Source: Anthoceros angustus
Taxonomy: Eukaryota; Plantae; Anthocerotophyta
Length of the DNA: 64,000 nt
Direction: 5' to 3'
Assembly (NCBI GenBank): GCA_010909165.1
Contig: MU008184.1
Location: 372,001 to 436,000 of the forward strand
Shown: positions 25,230-37,459 of the stretch, piece by piece
Layout of the letters: each line of letters begins with the position of its first letter
How positions within the stretch are numbered: the stretch's first letter is position 1
Notes under the pieces: model-generated
What the model was told of the DNA's origin: nothing
The model's input: the letters and a program-made list of their open reading frames with translations, nothing else
Database searches by the model: none
Program-made: the position numbers and the translations under genes

Positions 25230-26367
25230 CTACAATTTGGAATAGTTGTAAACACCCCGGCCTGTCTTGCGACCCAGCCAGCCAGCGTCCACGTACTTGG
25301 CAAGGAGGGGGCAGGGCTGGTACTTGGCCCCCAGCCGGGCGTGCATCACCTGCATGATGGCCAAGCATGTGTCCAGACCCACCAGGTCTGCAAGAGCTAG
25401 AGGCCCCATGGGCTGGTTTGTCCCCAGCACCATCCCCTTGTCGATGTCCTCCGCTGAGGTTATGTCCTCCATCAGTGCGTAGAATGCCTCGTTGATCATG
25501 GGCATCAGGATGCGGTTCACTACGAATCCAGGGTAGTCCTTGGAGCAGGTCACTGTCTTGCCAAGCCTGTCATGCAAATTCATCACCACATGGAGATAGC
25601 ACCAGGCTGAGCTGAGCTGAGCTGAACTAAGCTGGTGCTCAACAAGAGAGTTGATGAAACAAGCTTGGCCTACCTCTCAGCCAGAGACTTGATGGTGTCG
25701 AACACAGAGTCCCCTGTGGCAAATCCTCGGATAACCTCCACAAGCTGCATGATCGGCGGGGGGTTCATGAAATGCATGCCGATAACCTGCAGGCAGCGCA
25801 GAGTGGCAGTCAGCCCTTAAGAGAGGGAGGGGCAAAATTGGTGTCCGAAAGAAGGAGAGCAAACCTGAGTGGGCCGCTGTGTTGCAGTGGCTAGGCGCGT
25901 GATGGAGATGGAGCTGGTGTTGGATGCTAGTATGGCGGCTGGTTTTACCAGCTTGTCCAGCTCCGACAGAATCCCCTTCTTCAGCTCCTCGTTCTCTGCC
26001 ACCGCTTCGATGACCACGTCGGCGGAGCTCATGTCCGCCAACGAGGTTGTGGTCTTAACCCTGGCCAAGGTGGCGTCCGCGTCCCCCTGCACCTCAGCTG
26101 CAAAGCGCATGAGCAACCAGGAGAACACGCCATGGAAAGGCGCCAGGGTGCAGCCTGCGGCATCTGCAACTCTACCTGCGACAAAGTTCCTTTCTTCACA
26201 AAACGGCCTAGCGACAGGGAGATGGACTTCAGCCCCCGCCCAAGAGCTGCGGAATCCAAATCCGCCATCACCACTTCGATTTGCGCCGCAGCTGCCAGCT
26301 GGGCAATTCCTGCACCCATCTGGCCCGCACCAACCACTCCCACCAGCCTCACCGCAGGAGCGGCCAT
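25230..26367 (-). CDS. 3-hydroxybutyryl-CoA dehydrogenase (3-hydroxyacyl-CoA dehydrogenase family), multi-exon
   Basis: VGVVGAGQMGAGIAQ, VIEAVAENEELK, LASNTSSISIT, IGMHFMNPP, DYPGFVVNRIL, NQPMGPLALADLVGLD, GWLGRKTGRGVY. Ends in SKL, a possible peroxisomal targeting signal. Confidence 0.95.
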
Positions 26368-29006
26368 TGCGGTAGCTCTAATTCTGCTCCGCTTTCCTCA
26401 AGGTTGGAGCTGCTGTCCCAATTCTGCGCTCGTCCAGCTGGATATATAGCAAGGAATTTGGAAAATTAGCGAGACTACACCGCCTCGGTTGAAGTCTCCT
26501 TTCCTCAAGCTAGAAGCAAGGCATCAGTCCCGATTCCACGCTCATCACTCTACATACGGCCGAAATCTGGAATATGCAAAGCTTCTGTGTCGGGTGGCTT
26601 TGGTGGCAAAAGAATGGAAGGAATCCTCTGCTTTCTGGAATGTGCAACTCATACCCTGCAACGTAGACCGCCAAGTGGATTAGCCTGTACAGCACTCACT
26701 ATCCTCCGGAATGCCGCATACTCAGCATGAACACAATGCAACATCTGTCCGCATGACGTCACATAATCAGGGATGCCTTTCGCTTATAGAGAACTCGAAT
26801 TTACAGACGGTCCTCGGTTGGTTCAACACGGTCCAAGTCTGGAAGAGCAGAAAACGCAGCCCAACGTGAGCTTTTCACTTCCACGAAAATGACCAACTCG
26901 CAGAGTTAGCGGATATCCTACCCGGAATCAGCTCTTACAAAGCTACACTGCTTCCGATTGTATTCTGATGCCGCTCTCTGGAACTCTTGCTTCTCTAGCT
27001 AGTTCAGGATTTGAGGGGATAAAACTAACTCCAGCAGTGACAATGAGAACATTTCTAGGCAAGAGGTGATAGTGATATGCTGACAGAGCTGGATGAACTC
27101 GACACAGTATCAGGTGCTTCTGGTGGAACCTTTGACGATGAGGAAGATGGTGGCATCCAGCCTAGGTGGGGAACGAACCCTCACACTGTGATGGGGGCAG
27201 ATATGGGCCTAGCAGCAGATAGAGGAATAGCTGCTGCGAGGCTGGACTGTCTGGACGGGCCATACCAAGGTAGATTGATTTGTCTCAGGGCAGAGATATG
27301 AGGCTTTCTATGTAAGTAGAAGGTATAGTAGTTGATTTGTGCTCGCCTCTTTCGATTGTGAGACCATCTTGCAACAACATGCACAACCAAGTTGGGCAAG
27401 GGAAGATGCACATTACTCTCTAGGATAACTGTCTCAAGCGCACGTCAGCAGAGTGTTCGGCCTGCTGCAGTACACCCTGCCTCTTGTTGCAACATACTGC
27501 ACATGCGACATACAAAGAAAAGAGGTCCAGGGTTCGCACTGTCTGCAAAACCATCATCCGTAATATGGCATGACCACGGAAAGCTTGAATCTCATCTTCC
27601 CCTCCCGGAACTCTTCTGCTTTGCCAGGCTTCTATTCCACTCGAAACTACTTTACATCCCACTCAGCTTGAACAATTTAGCGGTGGACCAGATGTTCAGG
27701 CCAGTGAACCCAAACTTCCTTCGGATCACGGTAAACGAACTTCCTTCGGAGCGAGGTCGTGAAACAGTAGGGAAAAAACATATCGCCAGCAGACTGCTCG
27801 TGTCACGTACACAGAAGTTTCGGGGATCTTAAAAAAAAGCAAGCTCCTGACACTGCCGAGAGACACAGCCAGCTTCGTCCTAAAATCCATCATCCAGATG
27901 TTGACTGAACACATATGGATCACCCGGTGAGCTGAGAAGCAAGTCAAGTAACAAGGACGTTGGAAACTGGCGTCTCCTGATGCCCAATCCGCCTCCATGG
28001 CCACAAGTTAGAATCTGTCGTAACTCCGCACGGATTCCCATATCGTGCATATTCTACTTGGGAGTTTTAGGTCCGAGAATCTTGCAAGCGTTCCCCTGAA
28101 AATGGCACTGACAACCTCCCCGGTCACCGATACCTGCCCTCCACCGCACCCTTGTCTCCGGGCGGATGGAGACAGGCGCGCGAGAGACAGGAGACCAAGA
28201 CAGTACAGGACTCCGGCCAGGGTAAGCTTTGAAATGCGAACCTCTTGTGGCACTCCTGAATTTGCTGTGTCACGAGCATGTAGAGGGATCTCTGTTTGTT
28301 CCAGAGATAACTAGTTGAACAGGTCCAGATATTAGGACTAACGAAGATTGCCCTTAAGGTGCACTCTGCAAACTTACTAGCACTGCTACATAGCTAGCCT
28401 AATGGCTCTTAACCACGGATCTGGACATTTGGACCAGTCTTGGTGGCTCTTAACCGAGGAACTGAACATCTGGACCAGGCTTAGAGCACTGTTAGATTGC
28501 TAGCCTGGTGGCTCTTGTTCGTGTCTGAACATCTGGACTAGTCTCAGTTACTGAAATGGATGATTCCTGAGAATTCTACAGGATCACGAAACTGACTCAA
28601 CCGAAACGCACATGGAGACATGGATGCCCGCTGGACAGAGGGTTCTCCTCACCTGCAACTTCAATCGCCTGCTCCCTCTGGAGAACCCTTTGTCCAGCAG
28701 GATAACAGAGAACAGCCAGTCAGTCCCAGTCATGCTACACAGTAGACAAGGAAGGGGGACTGACTTTGCAGGTGAGGAGAAACCTTGGTCAGTAGGACAA
28801 CAGAAGCGGTACATACAAGAACGTTTAGAGCATAGACATCCTTACGGGCTTCAAGACAGCTGGAACATTTAGTCCACACAATTGATTCCACCTTCCACAA
28901 ACTGTTTTATGAAGGTGGAAGTCTACAGATTGTACCTGAACACGTTATCCGCTAAACAGAGGATTGCTTTGCCGCCGAAGAGCTTTGGATGGGCCATCCA
29001 CTCAAA

Positions 29007-31316
29007 TCAATTGACCATTCTGCCAAGCCATGGCACCTTCCGCCTACCCCTTTTACCTTCCGTTGCTGCTTTGAGGAAGTTTCGAAAGGTCAACACCAAA
29101 GTGTCGCGGGTGCGGGCATCGGGGAGATCGAGATTCCACTGTCTGCCGCTGGCACTTGCTAGAATACACTGCGTCAGGTTGCCCACAGGTATCTTTATCG
29201 AAGCTGCTGTGGTAAACTTTTCAGTCAGAACTACTCTTCGAGTAGCCACCTTCCGAAGCTCAAATCCACTGCGCTTGATTGAGAGAACCGCCGGCTCCCA
29301 TGTGTCGTCCATGGACCCATCAAACAGCAGCTGTAACTCGAAAGCAGCGAGCCCAGCTGTGGAAAACCCATCAATTTGATCTTGCATATCCGTATCACAG
29401 CTGATCCAGTTGGCGGAAACTGTCACCAGGTTACCCCGTCGGTTGCGCTCATCCATAGGGACACACTCGATTGCCACCATGCTGTCGATGTCATCGGCCG
29501 TGACTGTGTACTCTGGCTGAGCAGCCCCATCAATGTAAGCGGCACTCCCATTTTTGTGGTGCCGGACCCATTGGAAAATACACAAGGATGTGCCGTTGAT
29601 GGAATGGCCACAAGCAGTGAGCTTCCCACCAAGGACGGCATCTCCAATGATGCTCAGTCCATCAATGGCTGGTAGAGGATCATCGTCGTCAGAAGCAGAA
29701 GCATTGGGCTCTTCAGGTAGGGTGGGAAGAAGACGTCGGTCAGCCTCACTCTTTTCCTGGTCCTCCTTGTCAACCAGAGGATAAGGGGGATCATACAAGT
29801 CTCTGTCGACAAAGGCCTCCTGGTCTTGTTCGTCGTTATGCTCGCTGTCATGGTGCTCTGCTGAAGGATGAACTGCCGGTGAAGATTGCCGTTCTGCAGG
29901 CGATTCTGACGCTCCCGCATGATCCTGCCCCAAGTAGTGAGCATGCCTGGAGACATCAGGCCTGAAAGGAACTTCATTACCATTACCCCCATGAGAATGA
30001 GGCACAGTGGGCGACTCCCAGGGGGCAGACCGTTGAGCTTGGCCCGATGGCGACGAGATCAACTGTGACGGCAGCGAACGCTGCGGGACAAGCTCCATAC
30101 CATGGCCTTCAGATTGATACGGAGTCTGATGCAGTTGGGCAGGAGGAGGAAAAGCCGCTGAAGGCTGGTACATAGGATCACCTTCGTTGAGACTGAACTC
30201 CGATCGCAGGTGCTGCACCAGAACCTTGACGGCACCCACAATGGAGTGTGCATCCGCAACCGGAGGTTGCAAATCGAAATCCGTCAGCATGGGCAGCAAC
30301 GAGGTGAGAAAAACAGATCTGTCCCGTTCAGCTGTCTGGAGGGCATACGTGAGTCGGATATTCTCCTCAATGACGTCCTGCCTGTAGGACAAAGCCTTGG
30401 AAGCCGCATCCACCAATCCCTGCTGTTGCTGATCATAAGCCAAGCGCAACTCGGCAACCCTCCGCTCCAAAATCCTCTTCTCACTCAGCAGCTGAGCCTC
30501 CTTGATCGAAGCATCCACCAAGCGCGTCCGCAGCTGAGCGTTCTCCTCCTCGTACATCCTGGCCGTCCTAAGATAAACGTCCGCATAATTCCCTTCAGAC
30601 GGGCGAGACATAGACATCCCATTGGGATACAATCTCACATCCAGCCCCGACCCAGGGTGATGCCCGCCATGGCCATGAGGAGACATGGAAGCCGAGGACG
30701 GCGCAGCACTGGACGTATCCAAATGAGGAGGCCCGTACCCCAACCCCGCCGGCCCGCCATTGCTGTTTCCGGCACCCCTGCTCATCCCATGCCCATGCCC
30801 GTGCCCGTGCCCGTGCCCATGCGCCCCGTTCTGCAACGCCTGGTTCGGAATCCTCTCATTCTCAGAATCCGACGGGCCGTTGGAATGCAGCGCCAGCGAG
30901 CTCTCCATATCCTCCTGCAGCCGGCTCATGGCCTGGTCATCCGCCGACAAACCAAGCCCCAGATGCGGCGGCTTCTTCATTCCCGGCAACAGCCCCGCCC
31001 GTAGCGGCCCTCTCCCAGGCAACGGAATCCTGCGGTCATAGTGCACCAGCCCGGCCTGCGCCTCCATCCTCCGGTTCTGCAGCTCCCATTCCGTCACCTT
31101 CAACGACAGCCTGAGGTGCTCGTTCTCCTGCATCTGGTTCCGTATCGCAGACTCCGCCGCCTCAATCACTTGCACCAGCTCCCTCACGTGAGTCGGTGAC
31201 ACAGCTTTGGACTCCTCGGGACTCTCCCTCTCCTTCTCCCTCTCCCTCTCCCTCTCCGCCATCGGCTTCTCCGGCGCCGGGACCGTCACAATCTGCGAAT
31301 TCCCCACCCCCTCCAT
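29007..31316 (-). CDS. Conserved plant protein of unknown function (coiled coil plus Ig-like AIR9/SCAB-type domain plus C-terminal domain), intronless, ~769 aa
   Basis: Uninterrupted ORF with LRLAYDQQQQGLVDAASKALSYRQDVIEENIRLTYAL and DPLPAIDGLSIIGDA..GKLTACGHSINGTSLCIFQWVRH..QPEYTVTADDID. These match a conserved land-plant family from memory. First ATG at 31316. Confidence 0.85.
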   Translation of the reverse strand: MEGVGNSQIVTVPAPEKPMAEREREREKERESPEESKAVSPTHVRELVQVIEAAESAIRNQMQENEHLRLSLKVTEWELQNRRMEAQAGLVHYDRRIPLPGRGPLRAGLLPGMKKPPHLGLGLSADDQAMSRLQEDMESSLALHSNGPSDSENERIPNQALQNGAHGHGHGHGHGHGMSRGAGNSNGGPAGLGYGPPHLDTSSAAPSSASMSPHGHGGHHPGSGLDVRLYPNGMSMSRPSEGNYADVYLRTARMYEEENAQLRTRLVDASIKEAQLLSEKRILERRVAELRLAYDQQQQGLVDAASKALSYRQDVIEENIRLTYALQTAERDRSVFLTSLLPMLTDFDLQPPVADAHSIVGAVKVLVQHLRSEFSLNEGDPMYQPSAAFPPPAQLHQTPYQSEGHGMELVPQRSLPSQLISSPSGQAQRSAPWESPTVPHSHGGNGNEVPFRPDVSRHAHYLGQDHAGASESPAERQSSPAVHPSAEHHDSEHNDEQDQEAFVDRDLYDPPYPLVDKEDQEKSEADRRLLPTLPEEPNASASDDDDPLPAIDGLSIIGDAVLGGKLTACGHSINGTSLCIFQWVRHHKNGSAAYIDGAAQPEYTVTADDIDSMVAIECVPMDERNRRGNLVTVSANWISCDTDMQDQIDGFSTAGLAAFELQLLFDGSMDDTWEPAVLSIKRSGFELRKVATRRVVLTEKFTTAASIKIPVGNLTQCILASASGRQWNLDLPDARTRDTLVLTFRNFLKAATEGKRGRRKVPWLGRMVN

Positions 31317-32833
31317 CCCCCCTCCCGACAAAACCCGGCACAGCTACGCAGCGCTCACTCCGCTCCCGCTCCACGCCGATCTCCCTCCAGATCCATCCAC
31401 GCAATGCCCGCCCTCCCGCAGCCCTCAGGTGGTGTCCATCCCTGTATTGCCAAACCCGCAACAAAATGAGCTCAAAGCAAGTAACCCAAAAGCCAAAACC
31501 CCCGCGTCTAAATCACACACACAAAGCTCCCCCGCCCGCTGGCCCCCCCACCTTAACAAACAAGACCAGCCAATCTCTTTCTCCAACAACCAAGACGATA
31601 CGCTCCGATCCAATGGCAACAGGCAGCAATAGCAATGGCTACGGCGACAGCAAAAAGCCACAGGCACTCCTCCTCCCCCTCCAACGAGCTAGCTCAGAAT
31701 GAAACAGTCACTCTCCTTCTTGCGTACAAGCAAGCAACCTCCTCCCGTTCCCTCGCCTCCCCTCCCCTCCCCGTCCACAGACTAGAGACAAACCAGAGCT
31801 CCCGGCCTGAAATAGGCTCCCCCGAGGCGCCAGCAACCGATCGCAGCTCACAAGATGAGCGCAGCCAAATCCGGACGCCGGTGCAAGTGCCGGGAAGCAG
31901 CGGCGGCGGCGGCGGCGGCGGCAGCGGCTGCGCGGCGGCGGTACCGTCAGTGCAGGGGTAGCTCGCCGGCGAGAGCGGGAGGCGCAGGCCCCCGCAGCTG
32001 CGGATCAGGTGCGGGCATCCGCCATGGCCGAAGCTCCTCCGCTCTTCAGGGGTGACGGCAGGACAGGAAAGAGAGGGGACTCGACGGCGCTTTTCCCGGC
32101 TCCCCGGGAGGCTTCGATTTGCTCGCTTCGTGCTTTCTTCATACATCGGGACCGGCTGCCGGATCTGGCTCGGTTAAATGCTCTCCGACGATGCTGTAAA
32201 TTCTAACAGAAACGTAGGGTACGGTGTATGAAACGTGTTCATTAGGACACATCCTTTTAGGAAACCGATAATATGTGACCGGTATGGTAGAGTTAACGGT
32301 GGGGCCCAGGTTAACTTCCCCACGTGCGGGAACCGGGATATAATTGGTGACCGACACGAGAGGACGTTAAGGGCAATGTGCCACCATGTGGCGCTCTGGC
32401 GCGGGCTCTTTTGCAAGTGGGTTGGCAGGGCCGGGCCGGGCCGGGCCGGGGGTGTTAGGGGAACAGGATGGCGCCCGGGCGCCCGGGATGGCGTTCCAGG
32501 CGCCAGGAGGCGGGGCTGCAGGGAGTGTCGACTTGGCTGCTGGTGCGATCTGAGGCCGGGCTTGGTGCGATTTGCCAAACCCGGCGGGAGGAGGAAGGCG
32601 GGAGGTGGAGGAGGCCGCGGTTGCTGGAGGCGAGGAGGAAATGTTTGTGGGGTTGGGGTGGATTTGCGGGGTGATGGAGGATGCGGGGGCAGGGTGAGGA
32701 GGAGGATGCGCGGTGTTGGGTTGCAGGAGCGGAAGCGGCAGGCGCGGGAATCGGGCGGCGCTGGAGCTGGGGCGGTGGTGGGCAGGAGGGGTGTGGGGTT
32801 GTTGGGGTGAGTGATTGGTGGGCGAGAGGGGAT

Positions 32834-35357
32834 ATGGCGGAGGTGGATTACGCGGAGCAGATGGTGTGGGGTTTGGAGACGGAGGGCTGGCACTTGCAGC
32901 CGCAAGCGCTGGAGCGGACGTGGCAGGAAATGCAGGAGACGGAGATGGTGCCCTCCAAGGTTGTGGAGAAGGAGGATGTGGAGGCGAGCATCCGGGCAGA
33001 GCTGCTGGACACGGATCTGAGGAGGGTCGGGGCGCCGTCGCTGCCCGATGCTCGCGCGCTGCAGCAACTGGGCAAGCTGCGGGGTCCTATGGTTCTGCAG
33101 GTTGGTTGGGGTGTTTTGATTTGCTGTGCTTGCTGCATTCTGTTGGGCGCCCAGTGTGTGGGGTGATGACGAGACCTGAGGCTGTTGTTTGTTTTGTGGG
33201 CAGGTTCTTGCCATCAGCAATGTGGCGGAGAGCAGCCGAAAGGCCTGTCTGACGGGCCACTCCAATAATCGGCTTCTGCGCATCCGGCTCACTGATGGGC
33301 ATACTAGTGTCACTGCCATCGAACATCAACCCATTCCGTGCCTCTCAGAGGATATTGCTCCTGGTACTAAGGTATAGCGACTGCTGGCATCAACTTTTCC
33401 CGTCTTGTTTTTCTTCAGTTCAAGTGCAAGTGCAAGCTGGAGCTGGGTGAGGTGTGTGTGGAGAAGGGCAGCAATCACGCGTGTGGAGCTGGTGTCGTGG
33501 CAGGTCTGGTGCTTGGTGGCCCTTAATTACGTCTTGGGAATTCTTGTAGGTTCTTTTGCGAGGCAACATTACATTGCATAGTGGAATATTGATGCTGGAT
33601 GCGCAATCTATTCGTATTTTAGGAGGCCATGTCAAGGCTCTTGAAGAGGCATGGGAGATAGACCGCAAGTACTCCGGGCTAGCACGGTCAGCAGCAGCCG
33701 CCAAGGGGTTGCCGGATGGTGTTTCTGGGCCTCCTCCCTTTCGTGGTCTTCGAAGTGGTAGAGGGGCATCTGTAGAGTCAACTCCCAGTGAGTGTGATTA
33801 TTTTGTGTTGCTTGTGATTGTCGGCAGAAGGCAGGCGTGATGTGAGGGAGCGACGGTGTTGACACAAGCGCATGTTGTGTGCAGCTCCTCCCCTTTCAGT
33901 GACGGATGTGCAAGTTTCGCTGGACTCTGTGGGTAGAAGCAAGGGGATGGATCAGCCATGTCCTGTTCCTGGTCTTCGAAGCAGTAGAGGGGCATCGCTA
34001 GAGGCAACTCCTAGTGAGTTTGATTATTTTGTTTTGGTTGTGATTGTCGGCACAAGGCAGGTGTGATGTGAGAGAGCTATGTTGTGTGCAGCTCCTCGCT
34101 CAGTGGAGGATGAGCAAGCTTCGCCGGACTCTGTGAGTAGAATCAGGGGGATGGATCAGCCACGTCCTTTGCCATTAAGGATGAAGGAAGCGGAGCCACC
34201 AAGAACACCTCCACTTGTCCAAAGAGTGACAGGACGTGTGAAGCCTGGATCAGAACCATACAGGCCGAGGTCTGCTCAGGCTGCTGAAGCACCTGTTCCA
34301 GATTCTAGCAACTTGCCTCCTGTCAAGAATGCAGTGCCTGATGTGCAAGTTCACGATGGTGCTCATCCGGCTGCCTTGTCTGCTGCTCTTGACTTGTCAG
34401 GTCCGTTTGCTCACTTTCATCCTCTGCTGACCAGTCCTGGCTTTGCAACAATCACTTGCTGAGACGACTGTGAAATGGCTTGGCAGGAAGGAAACCTGCA
34501 AGCCCGAAGAAGAGTGTAACAAATGATGCGAATGGGAGGAGCAGCACAGTGAAGAATGCAGTACCTACAGAGCCAGAGATGGCTCCTGTGCCAAGTCGTG
34601 CAGCTGCCAAGCAAGTTTTTGACAGAAAATCCGAAGATGTGATGGCAGGACGGAGACCTGTAAGCCCGAAGAAAGCAACACTGAATGACGGGAGTGAAAG
34701 GGCCAATGCTGTGAAAAAGTTATTGCCCCCAGGACAAGAGGCAGCTCCTGTTCAGAATCGTGCAGCTGCTCAAAAGCTTCTTGACAGAAAGAGCGAAGAT
34801 GACAGGGGTGCTCGCTTTCGTGGAGGGAGTGGCCGAGGTGGAACAGAAGCAGCCAACGGGAGAGGGAGGGAAAGGGGTGGACGCCGTGGTAGAAGAAGGG
34901 AGGAGGAGGAGGATGATGCTGTTCTCACCTGGGATGAGTGGCAGGCAACAAAGGGTCCTCCTGGCCCGGGCCTGACATCAGCAGACATTATGAAAAACGA
35001 TGAGGCTTTGGCTCGGAGGCTTCAAGAAAGACTTGATCTGGAATCCATGAGGGTGAGTGATATCACAAGTCGACTCCTCACTTATAGTGCACTCAAGCTA
35101 AAAGTCACTTGGTGATGGAGAGAAGGCTTCATTTCGTCGTATCACATCTTTCACAGTTGGTGTTAACTTGGTTGTCCTTGGTGATGGATGCTGCGCAGGT
35201 GCAAACGACCCTGGATGAGGCAGAGCAGCTCCGACTTAGCATGTTCAATTATGTTGCTGAAAATCAGGGTTCAGAAGAGTCTAACAGAGGAAGGGGGCGG
35301 GGCAGAGGGAGGGGTAGAGGCAGAGGAAGGGGAAGAGGGCGAGGCTATGGGGTGTAA
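32834..35357 (+). CDS. RMI1-N/TDRD3-type OB-fold protein with RG-rich tail, multi-exon
   Basis: LLDTDLRRVG..SLP, LRGPMVLQV, RLLRIRLTDGH..AIEH..IPCLSEDIAPGTKV, GILML...ILGGHV..L...W, GPPPF, DEALARRLQ and a C-terminal (RG)n. Confidence 0.85.
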
Positions 35358-36026
35358 GGCTTTGCTGGCCAATATTTCTCAAACTGCTCGCAATTTCCAG
35401 CTCGTTCTGCTCCAGGCGTGCGGAGGTCATGCTGATACCAGAGTTGCGTACATGTGAGGGAACTTTTGACTTCAGATCAGAACGATGGTGAACTTGTAAC
35501 TCGTCCTAGTGCTGTGCTAAAGTTGTCATAGCTGCAGGGGCTGAACCAAAGAAGTTATGGTTGCAAGGGGTTCCGAAATTACGCGTTGCATACATTGGAT
35601 TCAGGATTATTGAAACTCATCCACTGGATGCAGAAACTCGAGTCGTTTCGTCCAGAAACAAGCGAATCTTAAATTTCTACATATTACATCTTGTCCAACA
35701 TAAGGTGATGCCACAGATCGGAAGTTATGGGTGATGCCACAGGCCGCAGACAATAAAAAGCATCTTGGTCCGAATCAAACACACGGGCAAACGGGGACTG
35801 AAAAGGCAAAGAAAGCGATGAAGTAGGCGCTTCACAAATTGCATGTCGAGGAGGTCGCGAAGCGCGGAAGAGACAGGACAATTACCTGGCAACCTTCCTT
35901 TCGTGCGCACCACGCTGGCGTTTCCCACAAGTAAGGTTGGCGGAGACTTTCTTGCCACCGAAATCTCATTCTCAAGGTTGCCGGCCCAAATCCCTCCTGA
36001 AGAGTTGAGAGACAAGGGAGTTCTAA

Positions 36027-37069
36027 ATGGCGGAAGTGCTCTTCTTGAAGCAGGCGGGCACGTATGCCGTGAGCAGGCCCACCTACCCCCCGGCGCTCTT
36101 CGCCTTCCTGTCCAGTTTCACCTCGGAACACAAGCTCGCCTGGGATGTAGGCACGGGCAACGGCCAGGCCGCGGCTGGGGTGCAGATCCTCTCCTCCAGT
36201 CGCTTGTCTCGCCGGGCTCCTTGGCGCTGTGACTCCCTTCCCCTTCTCCTGACCCTTGGCCTTCCTTGTTCCTGCAGGTGGCGGAACACTACGAGAAGGT
36301 GATCGCAACGGACGTGAGCAACCCGCAGCTTTGTCACGCGCGGAAGCTTCCCAACGTGACCTACGCCCTGACGCCCCCGGTGATGACCACGGAGGAGCTG
36401 CACACCACCGTGGGGCCGCAGGGCTCCGTGGACCTGGTGACTGTAGCGCAGGCTCTGCATTGGTTCGATCTGGACACCTTCTACGCGCAGGTGAAGCTCG
36501 TCCTCCGCCAGCCCGGCGGCATCATCGCGGCCTGGAGCTACAAGCTCCCCGTCGTCAACCCCGCCGTGGACGCCGTCCTCACCGCCTTCTACAAGGTCAC
36601 CGACCCCTTCTGGGCGCCCGAGCGCAAGCTGGTGGACGAAGACTACACCACCATCGATTTTCCCTTCGACCCTGTGCTCCAAGACGGCCGCGGCGTCGGG
36701 CCCATCCGCGACTTCGCCTGCGTCAAGGAGCTGTGCCTGGAGGAGTACCTCATGTACCTCAGGTCCTGGTCCTCGGTGCAGTCCGCCCTGGACCAGAATG
36801 TCACCCTCCTCACCGGCCGCGTCCTAAAGGACTTCACCGACGCCTGGGGCGAGCCCCTCGAACGCCGCCCCGTCAAGTGGGACATCGTCCTGCTCCTGGG
36901 CAAGCCCTCCGTCGACGCTGTGGAGGATGAGGAGGAGGAGGAGGAGGAGGAAGAGGAGGAGGACGCCGACGAAGGCGCCGGTGAAGAAGCCGATGCCGTT
37001 GCCGCAGGCGAGGGAGCCGTCGATGTGCGGGGTCCTTCCCCTGCTCCAAACCCTAACCACCAAGAATGA
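36027..37069 (+). CDS. Class I SAM-dependent methyltransferase (Methyltransf_11, embryo-abundant-protein-like), one intron (~36180-36277)
   Basis: LFLKQAGTYAVSRPTYP, LAWDVGTGNGQAA, VIATDVS..QL, SVDLVTVAQALHWFD, YLRSWS, followed by an acidic poly-E tail. Confidence 0.93.
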
Positions 37070-37459
37070 GCAATGAGACGACAAACAAAACAGCGTGAAT
37101 TCTTGGAAATATATCGAGTCACGATTCTTCTCATGACCATCCCAACACCGCCCTACCGCAGCTTGGCTTCGCGGGGCTGATGCCGACTACTCGACGCTCG
37201 TCATCATGAATGTGCGTCCCGACTTCTTCGCCGATCGTGACTACGCCTTGACTGCGTCAGGACCTTACGCTCCCATCCCTTGCCATCATTGCATACGCCA
37301 TGCCTGCGAGCAGCAGTGTAGTAGGTGGCCCGTCACTCACTTGCCACGCCCGAACAACACTTACATGAGCAAATCGATGGCAGCAACAGAGCTGCAGCTT
37401 GCATCCCTTGTGGAGTTTTTGCGTTGGAATGTGAGGAAGCTTGAAGGCGTCCGAGCTGC

